Shown here piece by piece: positions 1-12,300 of a stretch of DNA of 64,000 nucleotides. This DNA comes from Pristiophorus japonicus (lineage: Eukaryota). The notes under the pieces were generated by a model. It was not told the origin of the DNA and did not search any database. It worked only from the letters and a program-made list of their open reading frames with translations. Numbering within the stretch: position 1 is the first letter of the stretch; each line of letters opens with the position of its first letter. The stretch is from positions 117,552,001 through 117,616,000 of the forward strand of contig NC_091993.1 in NCBI RefSeq assembly GCF_044704955.1. The letters are read 5' to 3'. The position numbers and the translations under genes were made by a program.

Positions 1-620
1 CCCAATATGGACCACGACCTCTGGCTGTTCACCCTCTCCACCCAGAATGCCCTGCAGCCGCTCAGTGACATCTTTGACCCTGGCACCAGGGAGGCAACAT
101 ACCATCCTGGAGTCACGTCTGTGGCCGCAGAAACGTCTGCCTGTTCCCCTAACTATCGAATCCCTTACCACTACTGCTCTTCATTCTTCTTCCTCCCCCC
201 CTCCCCCGCCCACACCGTGTAGCTGAGCCACCTGTGATGCTGTGGATTTGGCTCTGGCTGCATCAGAACAGAGTACCGGTTGGAGTACGAGATGGACTCG
301 GGGGACTCCAGCACTTCCTGTCTCGTCCTCCTGTCCGGCGTCACCCAATCCCTTTCTGCCTGTACACTCTTAAGCTGCGTGGTGACCACCTCTCAGAACG
401 TGCTACCCACATAGCTCTCAGTCTCGTGGATGCACTGCAGTGAATCCAGCCACCGCTCAAGCTCCAAAACACGGAGCTCAAGTTGGTGCAGCTGGAGACA
501 CCTCCTGCACACATGGATGTCCCGGCTGCGCGAAGCAGCCAGGATTTCCCACATGCCACAGGATGTGTAATTCATGGGACTGAGCTGCCCTGCCATCCCT
601 CTAGTTAGATTCGGAACGAT
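1..620 (-). mobile_element. CR1 LINE ORF1 N-terminal remnant
   Basis: Frameshifted peptides SCGMWEIL...HVCRRCLQLHQLELRVLELE (Cys motif plus leucine zipper) and ISYSNRYSVL resemble CR1 ORF1. Confidence 0.65.
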
Positions 621-1276
621 CAAGTAGAATTAAATTCTAAACCTTAGCAAAACACAGCCTGCCGCTACTCAGCAAACAGCTGATTTAATTAATTAGTTTT
701 CCTTAGATAATAAAGATCACTTATCTATTTAATTGCAGTTCCTAACTTCCACCAATGCCCAAGGTTTTTTAAAGAAAAGAAAAATACTCACCAATCCACC
801 AGCCAATCACTTACCTGCTTGACTATGACGTCATACTTCGATTTCGAATCTTTTTACTTTTTCTCCCTTACTTTAGTCGCTGCTGCAGCTCCTTGTTCCC
901 GATCTCCGACTCCTCCTGATCTCCGGCTCCTCCTGATCCGTGGCTCCTCCCGATCTCAGGCTCCTCCGACTGCCGCTGCCCTTTAGAAGTCCTGTGTTCA
1001 TGTCTCGCGATGCTCGCTCCTCATGAATGGGAGTGTGCCCACTTCCTGTCTGCATAACTTAACTTCTTGTTTCACATTTTTATTACAATTATTGTGTCAA
1101 TTTTGTAAACCTGAAAATATCACAAACACATGAACAATATTCTGTAAGAAATCGGCCACTTGACTTATTCATGCACTGGAAGCCGGTAGCTCTCATAATA
1201 TTTTGCACTTTTACTTGGGATGGAACTATAATGTATGCACCTGTGAGTATGCTCACAGGTTGGTAGAGCTGTTGCC

Positions 1277-2027
1277 CCTGGAAGAGTCCGTGTTCCATGT
1301 TTTAATTGAATATGCGAGGTTGCAGCCCTTATTCCAATATTTGAAGGGGCTGCTCCTCAAATTCTGGTTGCACTTCAGTCCCACACTCCTGATCTTTGGA
1401 CACCCTGTGCGGAGGCGAGCGGGCAGGTCGGAAGGCCTCCTGGAAGGACTGCTCCTAGGCATGGCCAAGGAGGCCATCAGCCGGTCCAGGCAGCGGGCGG
1501 TCGAGGGGGTCGTTCAGCCTGATTGCCTGCCTCTCTTCTGTGGTTACATCCGAGCCATGATGTCCCTGGAGATGGAGCACGCGGTGTCCACCGGTACGCT
1601 CGCGGCCTTCCGCGAGAGGTGGGCACCGGAGGGATTGGAGTGAATCATCAGCCCCGGCAATCAAATTTTAATTTGATTTTATGTCTAAATATTAATTTAT
1701 TTAACTTGCTGGTTTTAGTGCCCTCCGCCATTTAGCCAGGGCTCACTTGTATAATTTGTGTTTCAGTGCCCTCAAAAAAAAAAACAAGGGGGCACTTGAA
1801 AAGTTTTTGGAGTGTGCCCCCCCCCTTTCAGGGGGCACTTGATTACTGATTGCAACTAAAATAGTTGTAGAGCTGTTGCACCAGTGGGACTGAAGTGCAT
1901 CATCACCCCTGGCAACCAAATTTTAATTTGATTTAAGTTCACGGTAAAAAGATCATTTGTTTATTTGTCGGTTTTAGTGCCCCTCGTTAATAAGAGGACA
2001 CTTGATTTATAGTTTTGCACTAAAATA
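1277..2027 (+). mobile_element. Two 5'-truncated Tx1-clade LINE 3' ends (1277-1863 and ~1880-2027)
   Basis: EESVFHVLIEYARLQPLFQYLKGLLLKFWLHFSPTLLIFG... is the ORF2 C-terminus at and after the zinc knuckle. Each copy ends ...CTAAAATA followed by GTTGTAGAGCTG(T/C)TGC. Confidence 0.75.
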
Positions 2028-2255
2028 GTTGTAGAGCTGCTGCATTGTGAGTTGCTTAACCAATCACGTGATGTTCACAAGACTCAATAAAACCCCAGAC
2101 AGTTGGGTCTAGGTCATCCATGATGAGGTATGCGGTTGTGAGCCGAGTGGATGAACTGGTAATGTGTAGTGTGATTGTTAAACCTTTGTTAATAAACTAA
2201 CTAGTTCTGAATAGCAATGTGTTGCTATGAATTCTTAAGCAAAGAACCCATGAAG

Positions 2256-3170
2256 TTTGGGTCCCCAGTGGAGTGCACTCTATCTGGGAGTCCTCCCTCT
2301 ATTTATTGGGAACTTGGCCTGGAGGGTGTTGCACGGAGCAGTCCCGTGCAATAAGTTTTTAAGTTGGGTCACGGGCTCTCAGGCTGCCTCTAATTTCTGC
2401 GGTCGGGAAGAGCCCGTGTTCCACATTTTTAACGAATGTGTGTGGTTGCAGCCCCTCTTCCAATATTTGAAGGGGCTGCTCCTGAAATTCTGGTTGTACT
2501 TCAGTCCCACACTCCTGATCTTTGGGCACCCTGTGCGGAGGGGAGCAGGCAGGTCGGAAGGCCTCCTCATAGGAGTGCTCCTGGGCATGGCCAAGTGGGC
2601 CATCAGCCAGTCCAGGCAGCGGGCAATCGAAGGGGTCATTCAGCCCGACTGCCTGCCTCTCTTCCGAGGTTACATCCGAGCTAGGGTGTCCCTGGAGATG
2701 GAGCATGCAGTGTCCTCCGGTAAACTCACAGCCTTCCACGAGAGTTCAGCGCCGGAGGGACTGGAGTGAATCATCACCTCTGGCAACCAAATTTTAAATT
2801 GATTTTATGTGCAAAAGTTAATTTGTTTAATTTGGCACTTTTAGTGCTCCACCCCCATTTAGCCAGGGGGCACTTGTATAATTTGTGTTTCAGTGCCCTC
2901 AAAAAAAAACAAGGAGGCACTTGAAAAGTTCTTTTGGAGTGTGTCCCCCCTCCCCCCACCTCCGCTTTAATCAGGGGGCACTTGATTATTGTCTTCAACT
3001 AAAATAGTTGTAGAGCTGTTGGGCCGGTAGAACTGGAGTGCATCATCACCCCTGGCAACCAAATTTTAATTTGATTTAAGTTCATGATAAAAGGTTAATT
3101 TGTTTATTTGTCGGTTTTACTGTCCCCTATTAATAAGGGGGCACTTGATTTATAGTTTTGCACTAAAATA
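2256..3170 (+). mobile_element. Second pair of Tx1-clade LINE 3' ends (2256-3006 and ~3022-3170)
   Basis: LAWRVLHGAVPCNKFL...NFCGREEPVFHIFNEC is a zf-RVT CCHC-type knuckle; same tail and target motif as the first pair. Confidence 0.8.
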
Positions 3171-3418
3171 GTTGTAGAGCTGTTGCATTGTGAGTTGCTT
3201 AGCCAATCACGTGATGTTCACAGACTCAATAAAACCCCAGTCAGTTGGGTCTAAGTCATCCACGATGAGGTATGCAGTTGTGAGCCTAGTGGATGAACTG
3301 GTAATGTGTAGTGTGATAGTTTATTAACAAAGGTTTAACAAACTAGTTCTGAATAGCAATGTGTTGCTATGAATACTTAAGCAAAGAATCCATGAAGAAA
3401 ATACATTACAAGAACAGT

Positions 3419-5644
3419 GGCCCTGATTTTGTGTTGAGAATGAAGGTAAAGCGAACAGTGTTCACCGGAATTACGGAGTAAATGGGATCAGGAACTTCCT
3501 GAGTACACACATGCGCAGTTAAACATGGAAATCCAGAAGTTGCGATCCGAGTTACCCTCGGCATTGAAATCAGTGAATGGGTACTTACCCACTAGTTACC
3601 CATTATATATGGCAGGAAAAGGGCTGTTGCATTCAGGTGTAACTGAATTTTTAACAGCATGATAAATCATAATTACTGTCAAACAACCGCTCTTTTTATT
3701 TCACAAGTGTGGATGCTCATTCCTTCAGAATTTAGTTAATGTTTTAGAATTAAAAGTAAGAAATATATACATTTTTAAACTTTTTCTGTCTGTCTATTTT
3801 ATCTCTCTCTCTTAATCCAATCTTTTCCTCCAATCTTTATTTTGTTTCTGTACGTGATTTAAATCCATTTTATACCACCTGCTTTAGATTCTGCCGCGGC
3901 GAAGTTGGTCTCTGGAGCGCCGCTTATCCTGCTGCATCCTGTTGTTTGCCACCTGCTCCTGCAAGAAAGAGGGAAATGTATCAATGAGTGTGGTGCAATA
4001 TGTTTGGGTGGTGTGGTTGTCATGATTCAATAGCTGTCGGTGTGTGCAGGCTGTGGGATGTGCTGTGAGTCTTGCACCAGTGCTAAATGTGTGAGGGTCA
4101 GGTACAGTATATGAATGTTTGGAATGAGTCTTGGTTGATAGATATTGTTGGTAGACGAGTGATGGGTGTTATATGAATAGAGCAGTGGAGGAGGTTAATG
4201 ATGCAGTTGGTAGGATTTGACATTTGGAGATGCAGTCACTGACCTTGACAAATCTTGTGGGATCATTAAGGGGCCGATTTTCATCCAGGCCTCCGCCCAT
4301 CCAAGTGCCGCCCAAAGTGCTGCTGATGACCGCCCAGGTACCGGATGGTACTTTCGGTGGGATATTCATCGCCGAGGTCCCTCGAAGGTCGGCGGGCGGC
4401 AAGTGGACGATGCACGCCGCCAATCGAGGCAGCAGCGGGCGGGAGGTCCCATTCTCGGCGGCAGAGACGCTTGCTGCCCGAGTGTCACCGAGGATGGAAT
4501 CGGGCCTATGGAGGGTTGAAGACCTGAAAAAAAAAATGCAGGAGTAAAAAATAAAAAAACTATTGGAAGACCTCCAGGGGACCCCATGCAGGTACGTCAC
4601 TGTGGAATTAAAAAAAAATGTTCACTTACCTTTTTTTCAGGTTCTTCATACTGACCGTCGGGGACAGACCAGCCTCCATGCAGTGGTCCACCCCCGTTCT
4701 GCCACCGAGCCTCGCCGACTCCCACCCGCAGAAATCTGGCAGCTCGGCGGGCGGGAGGTCTGTCGCGCCACTCGGCTGGCCGCTGATGTCAGCACGCGGT
4801 TACCAGCGGCTCTCCCCTCCCTCCTGCTCCAGGCCACCTCGAATGTGGCACTGGGCGGAGCAAGAAGAGCATTGTCGGTGGCAGTGAGCGGCAGCGAGCA
4901 GTGAGGTGATGGATTTCAGCCCCGAAACTTCTTCCTTCACTGCATCCAGTTCCCTAGGGCTGTTCTCCGAGCATTAATCTCCTCTGCTATCACTTCCCAC
5001 TGCCTTCTGAGCTTGTTTCTGGAGGGTCCCCACCCCACCCTGAGGATACAAGACTTCTCTCCTTTCCATCTCTTCCACCAAGACCTACGGTGCAGTGTCT
5101 GAAAAACCTTGGTGCATGTTCTCTCCCGTGGTCAGCCATTGTTGATTCTTCCACAGCACAATATTCAGAATGTTCTCAGCCCCACCAGCAGCCACAATGC
5201 ACCTCCCCTTTCAGAGGTAGGGCCAGATTGAAGTAGTACTAGCCACTGCTGATGAGTGCCACCAATGAATCATGTGGGGAGCGCTGGCTGCAAACAAAAA
5301 CTAAGGAAATGAACAGGCAGCACAAAGTTGGTGCCTTGCCTGGGTTGCAATAAATGGGCACGGGTTAATCCTCAATAGCGATCCCTTTGCCCATTTTGTG
5401 GGGCTTATCCAAATTAGCACCCTGCGTGTCTCAGTGTGGATCCTGTAATCTGATTCATTGAAGAGACTTACTGTTTCTTGACTTGCTCACTGATGCCACA
5501 GATCCCCTATAGAGGGCGCCGCTCTCAATCAGCTGCCAGATGACAGCAAGTCTACGCTCAAATGTTGCAAAATCTCCGTGGGCAGCTGTCAGTGTAGTGA
5601 ACGGTGAGCATCGTTCCTTTGCCGCTGATCGCAAAATCCAGGCC
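3419..5644. mobile_element. Non-autonomous Harbinger-like TIR element with a nested Myb/SANT-gene remnant (- strand, ~3880-5420)
   Basis: Imperfect ~45-bp inverted termini (GGCCCTGATTTTG.../...CAAAATCCAGGCC). The - strand reads approximately APRFSDTA..VLVEEMERR and KKFND, typical of Harbinger Myb/SANT proteins. Confidence 0.55.
4270..4923. mobile_element. GC-rich Harbinger-type MITE inserted in the Myb/SANT remnant
   Basis: TIRs GGGGCCGATTTTCATC / GATGGATTTCAGCCCC with 3-bp flanks TAA/GAA. Removing it rejoins the KKFND-coding sequence. Confidence 0.65.
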
Positions 5645-5799
5645 TAGGAGACGCACTGTTATAAGTAATAATGTGTATTTCTTTATTGTAACAGATATAT
5701 CTCCACTTGTGAAGTGTTCCCAAATACTACAACCGTAATTACATGCATAAAGCCTGATCCCCAGATAGACCAGCCTGTTTGTCCAATATCCAGTCCTGG

Positions 5800-6600
5800 A
5801 TGTGTTAAAATATCTTCCAATTAAAATTGATAGGACCAAAGCAATTGTCTTCATCCCCGCCACAAACACCGATCGCTAGCCATGGATTTCACCCACTTCC
5901 CAGGCCCCAGTCTGAAGCTAAACCAGGCTGTGCGCGACCTCAGTGTCCTATTTGAACCTGAGCTGAGCTCCCGACCCCGGAATGCTTTCTATCACCAAGA
6001 CCGACAACATCCACCTGCGTAATAACACCCATCTCCAACCTTGCCTCAGCCCATCTGCTGCTGAAATCTTCATCCATACTGTTGTTTAACTCTCGACTCC
6101 ACTATACCAATGCTCTCCTGGCCAGCCTCCCACCTTCCACCCTCCATCAACTTAAGCTTATCCAAAACTCTGCAGCCCGTATCCTAACTCGTACCGAGTC
6201 CTATTCACTCATCACCCCCATGCTCACTGATCTACATTGGCACCCAGTCCCCAAATGCCTCGATTTTAAAATTCTTATCCTTGTGTTCAAATCCCTCCAT
6301 GGCCTCGGCCCTTCCTATATTTGTAACCCCTCCACAAACTCTGTGTTCCTCCAACTCCAACTCTTGTTCATTCCCCCACTTCCTTCACCCCACCATTGAT
6401 GGCAATGTCTTCAGCCATCTAGGTCCTAATCTCCAGAATTGCCTTACTAAAGCTCACCACTTTCTTTGACCTAACATTTTGTCACCTGTCCTAATGGCTC
6501 CTTCTTTGGCTCTGTCTCAATTTTGTCTGATTACATTCCTATAAAGTGCCTTGGGACAATTTACTTTCTTGACGGCGCTATATAAATGCAAGTAATTGCT
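5800..6600 (+). mobile_element. L2-clade LINE 3' fragment
   Basis: SRLHYTNALLASLP...LIQNSAARILT...ITPMLTDLHWHPV...FKILILVFKSLHGLGPSY, with a 3' end GGCGCTATATAAATGCAAG. Confidence 0.8.
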
Positions 6601-7695
6601 GTTGTTGATGTTAATCCCAGTAATGAGTCAACAACAATAAATGAACGTGCTTCTCAAGCAACGGCTGTTGCAATGAGAGGTCTATCTTTTTAATTTTGTT
6701 AAGAGTGAAACTTTATGCATGTACAGCAGTTTATATTTAAAGACCTGAATTTCCCCACTGCAAACAACGGTTAGGAAATTTTGGGTATGCAGAGAATGCA
6801 GTGGATAAATGTTTTATCCTAAATGAACACGAATTCAGTTTTAGCACAATTCCATTAATTACTTAAATACTTTAGGGGTTGAGAGAGTTGGGCTCTTAAT
6901 AAAATGTGTTTTCAAGTTTGCTGCAGCTTGCGATGGTCATTGTGGTTTGAAACTGCAAATAAATGTGTTGTAATTGTCAGGGTGGATGTGTGACAGAAAC
7001 CCATCAATGTACAATGGCAGGAGGTGTCAGTTACTAAATGAAGGGTTGTGTGTGAAAGTGGGAGAAGAAGAACTACAATATTACAGGGCTTTTTACAGAC
7101 AGGCATCATGGGTGCTGGTCCATTTATTGGACACCAGATGATGCAGATGGAAGAAACAGTGGAGAGGTGTACAGGGGACATGCGGGCCACACCATGGTGT
7201 GGACCACTGACCCCAGGGGGAAGCATTACTGAGCTAGATGTAGTTTTATAAATCTTAAAGAGAAGGAGAGGCTAAAGCTGAGCAAAGACTATTTAATTGA
7301 TCCATATGACGTGCTCCCAAAAGACCTAAGGAAGCAGTCAACATTTAAACTGTGCTGTTCGGGGAAGTCAGAGTTACCACAGTTCTCAACATTGACATAC
7401 CTTCCAAGAACGAGTGGCAGATATCTCAGGAGTCGGTGGAAATGCTGTCAACTGTTGCACAAGGGACATTACAGAGGTCTTCCAAAGGCACCCTCATGGG
7501 CACACAACATTCAGCAATACCAAACGGGAACAGCAGGCAAGGCTGTTTGCTTCTCACTGTGTGTGTAGGTTCTCAAAGGTGCAGGGCTGCGCTTTCCCCA
7601 TAGCCCTGCTTTGTTTTTCTTGACAAGTATATATCCAATTCCCTATTCAAGATCTTTTGGGTAGTTTTCCACAGAAAGGATTTTGAAAAGTTGTT

Positions 7696-7800
7696 ATAGA
7701 AACATAGAAACATAGAAACATAGAAACTAGGTGCAGGAGTAGGCCATTTGGCCCTTCGAGCCTGCACCACCATTCAATAAGATCATGGCTGATCATTCAA
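7696..7800 (-). mobile_element. CR1 3'-end fragment with (ATAGAAAC)n tail
   Basis: Octamer tail plus the conserved 3' terminal sequence shared with the other CR1 copies in the window. Confidence 0.75.
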
Positions 7801-8532
7801 CTTCAGACAGCATCTGTGAAGAGAGAAACAGTTTTTCAGGTCAATGGGCTTGAATGAGAACTGGGTTCTGTGGTCCTGATCATTTGCGTCTCATTCCACA
7901 GATGCTGCCTGGCCTGTAAGGTTATGGAAACATATTCAGCTCATCTAAAATCTGCCAACGCTGATTTTAGAGCAATTAGGTTAATGGCTATAATTATGTT
8001 TTAAAGCGTAATGTATTCATCAAAGTTAAAATAAAAAGGGAAGGAGGGTTTGAAATGATAAATAGTTAAGATGCAAATGAAGTAACTTTGTTGTTGTTCC
8101 CTCATAGATTGTAAATAATAAGCAATGCGTTAGGTTATCTTGGTAATCAATAAGCAAACCGCACGATTTGTTTGGGGAACTTTTGGTCCCAGGTGCTCAG
8201 TAGTAGGTTTAGCCGGCTTTTATTTTCAGGTTGTGATTAATGGGAGATAAACCACACCGAGGCAGGCAAACATGGAGAGACTTTCTGAAACAGCAATGCT
8301 ACAATGGCACTCAGGTTTGCTAAAGAGCAACCTATAAGGGCTTCACTGAAGTGAAGAAGTTAGACATTTTAGAGGATTCTTTGTCTAAGTGAGGTAAGGT
8401 GACCCACTGATGTGGGCCAGCATGGCATGAAGTGGATTGAGCCTCTTCGAGCTGCTGCACAGATCCATACAGTGAAGGTCATTGGCCGTAAGACTGGTTA
8501 CTGTGGTTACACAGGCAACCGTGGCAGCCAAC

Positions 8533-9335
8533 TTACACACAGCAAGGCCCCATAAACACGTATGAAATAAATGAGCAGTTAATATCTTTTGGTGGCGTCG
8601 TTTCAGTGATAAATAGAGGTGAGGAAACCAGAAAAACAGAAGAACATAAGAAATAGGAGCAAGAGTAGGTCAGTAGGCGCCTCGAGCCTGAGACCATTAC
8701 ATTCCCAGCTGGCTTTGTATCATCAGCAAACTTGGATATATTACATTTGGTCCCCTCATCCAAATCATTGATATATATTGTGAATAGTTGAGGCCCAAGC
8801 ACCGATCCTTGCGACATCCCACTAGTTACAGCCTGACAACCCAAAAATGACAAGTTTATTCCTACTCTCGGTTTTCTGTCCGTTAACCAATCCTCAATCC
8901 ATGCTAGTATATTACCCTCAATCCCATAAACCCTGAGTTTATTTAATAGAACTCCCCTGCTTCTCTTTGAATAGTGCCGTGGGATCTTTTATGCCACCTG
9001 AACAGGTTGATGGGATCGCAACATCTTATTTGAAAGTTAGCACTGCATTTAGGTGTCAGCGTAGAGTTTGTGCACAAGTCTTGCATGGGGCTTGAACCCG
9101 TGACCTTCTGAGTCAGCGGCAGCTGTGGTGTCTGAATGTCCACAATGTGAGGCTTTTGTTACTTAGAAAAGTTGTTGTTCCAGTGAGGGAGCTGCACCAA
9201 TTAAATCCTGCTTATTGGGGATTTGCTTACTGTTAACGATTTGAAAGAAAGAACTTGCATTTCTATCGTGCCTTTCACATCTTCTGGACATCCCAAAGCA
9301 CTTTGCAGCCAATTAATTAATATTGAGGTGCAGTC
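8533..9335 (-). mobile_element. SacSINE1/DeuSINE-like fragments with a nested CR1 RT fragment (~8636-8935)
   Basis: [33 protein letters not shown]. Flanks match the SINE at 46415-46835. Confidence 0.65.
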
Positions 9336-12300
9336 ACACGCGTAGGGGCATCATGAGCCAGGTGGCGAGGCCGTACCCTTTGTCTCCCAGTCGCCAGCTC
9401 TGCCCTTCTGCCTGCATCTGAAACATGGCAGATGTAATGAACGCATCATGGGTGCTCCCAGGGTATCTTGCATCAACTGACATGATGCGATGCATGTTGT
9501 CACACACGAGCTGCACATTAATGGAGTGGAAGCTGTTTCTGTTCCTGTACATCTCGGAATCCTCCAAAGGTGCTCGCAACGTGATGTGGGTACAATCAAT
9601 GCAGCCCTGTACCTTGGGCAAACCAGCAATCCTGGAGAAACCCACAGCCCTGTCACACATTGCCTGGGTGATCATGGGGAACTTTATGTAGTCATTCTTC
9701 CGGAGATGTAGTGCAGCAATCACCTGCCGAATGCAGATATGTGTTGCAAGTCGAGAAATAAATGGCGCACACATCCTCAGTTGTAGCTTGGAACGATGCA
9801 GATTCATAGAATGAAAGTGCAGCTTTAACCTTCATTTCGACTGAAAAAGCAGTATTCCTGATGCTTCTAGGTTGCAGGTTTACTAACTCACAGCTCTCAA
9901 TTACAACTTCTTTGCGGAAACTCAGCCTTCTGACACAGTCTGCATCACTCAGGTGCAGGTAGAAACGCCTGTCTCGATATACCCGATGTGGGTAAGGCGT
10001 CCTGCCCATCACCCTATGTGCTCTGAGCTTCCTCATACGATGACGTCAAATCAACTGTCTCCTCCGCAGCACCATCATGCAGAAGGCTTGCAGAAGTTAT
10101 GGCATTGTCAGTATTGCCCCCATGATTAAATGTTACCTTTGCAAGAAGCTCAAAACGGCAGGCAGGCAGGACAAGTTTCATTGTTCTCTCTACCCACAAG
10201 GTCTGTATGGATCATACACAGGTCTGAGCAGGCACAGTGATCGGGAACGCCCCCCCCCCCCCACCCCCTGCAAACCCCCAGGCTTCATTTGATGCGGTGT
10301 CGGCTTCTGATGCCTTCTGTATACATTCCACAGCCCCCCCCGACTCCACTTCCCTGGGCTTGATTTGATGGGTAGTGCAGGCTTCATTTGCCTTCTGTAT
10401 GCCTTCTACAGCCCCCCACCTCCCCCTCCCCCCACCCTGCCGGAAACTTAGCCCCGAGCCCCTGTGTTCGTGCGAATATCAAATTCTGCCGGCCGACACT
10501 CCGATCCTTGAGCCCCGTGGTGGCGTGTCAGTTTTAAAAAGATGAAAACTTCAAGAATTCCATTAAGGTTCCATTTTCTGCGTTTTATGGTAAAAGAATT
10601 AAGCTTTATTCTGCATGTTTAAGTAGAAACATAGAAAATAGCTGCAGGAGTAGGCCATTCGGCCCTTCTAGCCTGCACCGCCATTCAATGAGTTCATGGC
10701 TGAACATGCAACTTCAGTACCCCATTCCTGCTTTCTCACCATACCCCTTGATCCCCCTAGTAGTAAGGACTTCATCTAACTCCTTTTTGAATATATTTAA
10801 TGAATTGGCCTCAACAACTTTCTGTGGTAGAGAATTCCACAGGTTCACCACTCTCTGGGTGAAGAAATTCCTCCTCATCTCGGTCCTAAATGGCTTCCCC
10901 CTTATCCTTAGACTGTGTCCCCTGGTTCTGGACTTCCCCAACATTGGGAACATTCTTCCTGCATCTAACCTGTCTAACCCCGTCAGAATTTTAAATGTTT
11001 CTATGAGGTCGCCTCTCATTCTTCTGAACTCCAGTGAATACAAGCCCAGTTGATCCAGTCTTTCTTGATAGGTCAGTCCCGCCATCCCGGGAATCAGTCT
11101 GGTGAACCTTCGCTGCACTCCCTCAATAGCAAGAATGTCCTTCCTCAGGTTAGGAGACCAAAACTGTACACAATACTCCAGGTGTGGCCTCACCAAGGCC
11201 CTGTACAATTGTAGCAACACCTCCCTGCCCTTGTACTCAAATCCCCTCGCTATGAAGGCCAACATGCCATTTGCTTTCTTAACCGCCTGCTGTACCTGCA
11301 TGCCAACCTTCAATGACTGATGTACCATGACACCCAGGTCTCTTTGCACCTGCCCTTTTCCTAATCTGTCACCATTCAGATAATAGTCTGTCTCTCTGTT
11401 TTTACCACCAAAGTGGATAACCTCACATTTATCCACATTATACTTCATCTGCCATGCATTTGCCCACTCACCTAACCTATCCAAGTCACTCTGCAGCCTC
11501 ATAGAATCCTCCTTGCAGCTCACACTGCCACCCAACTTAGTGTCATCCGCAAATTTGGAGATACTACATTTAATCCCCTCGTCTAAATCATTAATGTACA
11601 GTGTAAACAGCTGGGGCCCCAGCACAGAACCCTGCGGCACCCCACTAGTCACTGCCTGCCATTCTGAAAAGTCCCCATTTACTCCTACTCTTTGCTTCCT
11701 GTCTGACAACCTGTTCTCAATCCATGTCAGCACACTACCCCCAATCCCATGTGCTTTAACTTTGCACATTAATCTCTTGTGTGGGACTTTGTCGAAAGCC
11801 TTCTGAAAGTCCAAATATACCACATCAACTGGTTCTCCCTTGTCTACTCTACTGGAAACATCCTCAAAAAATTCCAGAAGATTTGTCAAGCATGATTTCC
11901 CTTTCACAAATCCATGCTGACTTGGACCTATCATATTACCTCTTTCCAAATGCACTGCGATGACATCCTTAATAATTGATTCCATCATTTTACCCACTAC
12001 CGATGTCAGGCTGACCGGTCTGCAATTCCCAATTTTCTCTCTCCCTCCTTTTTTAAAAAGTGGGGTTACATTGGCTACCCTCCACTCCATAGGAACTGAT
12101 CCAGAGTCAATGGAATGTTGGAAAATGACTGTCAATGCATCCACTATTTCCAAGGCCACCTCCTTAAGTACTCTGGGATGCAGTCCATCAGGCCCTGGGG
12201 ATTTATCGGTCTTCAATCCCATCAATTTCCCCAACACAATTTCCCGACTAATAAGGATTTCCCTCAGTTCCTCCTCCTTACTAGACCCTCCGACCCCTTT

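Larger units (their letters stand above)
1227..3410 (+). mobile_element. LTR (solo or collapsed pair) interrupted by stacked Tx1-like LINE 3' ends
   Basis: Termini T(A)TAATGTAT...ATACATTACA form an inverted repeat. Flanks GGAAC/AGAAC match 4/5 as a TSD. The LTR 3' part occurs twice (2044-2255 and 3187-3410). Confidence 0.7.

Noticed and set aside
6900-7620. Short overlapping ORFs in apparently unique sequence
   Set aside because: No recognisable domain and no consistent splice-supported frame.
9334-10150. Host HARBI1 gene
   Set aside because: Frameshifted and truncated, with a TIR-like end; it is a transposon remnant.
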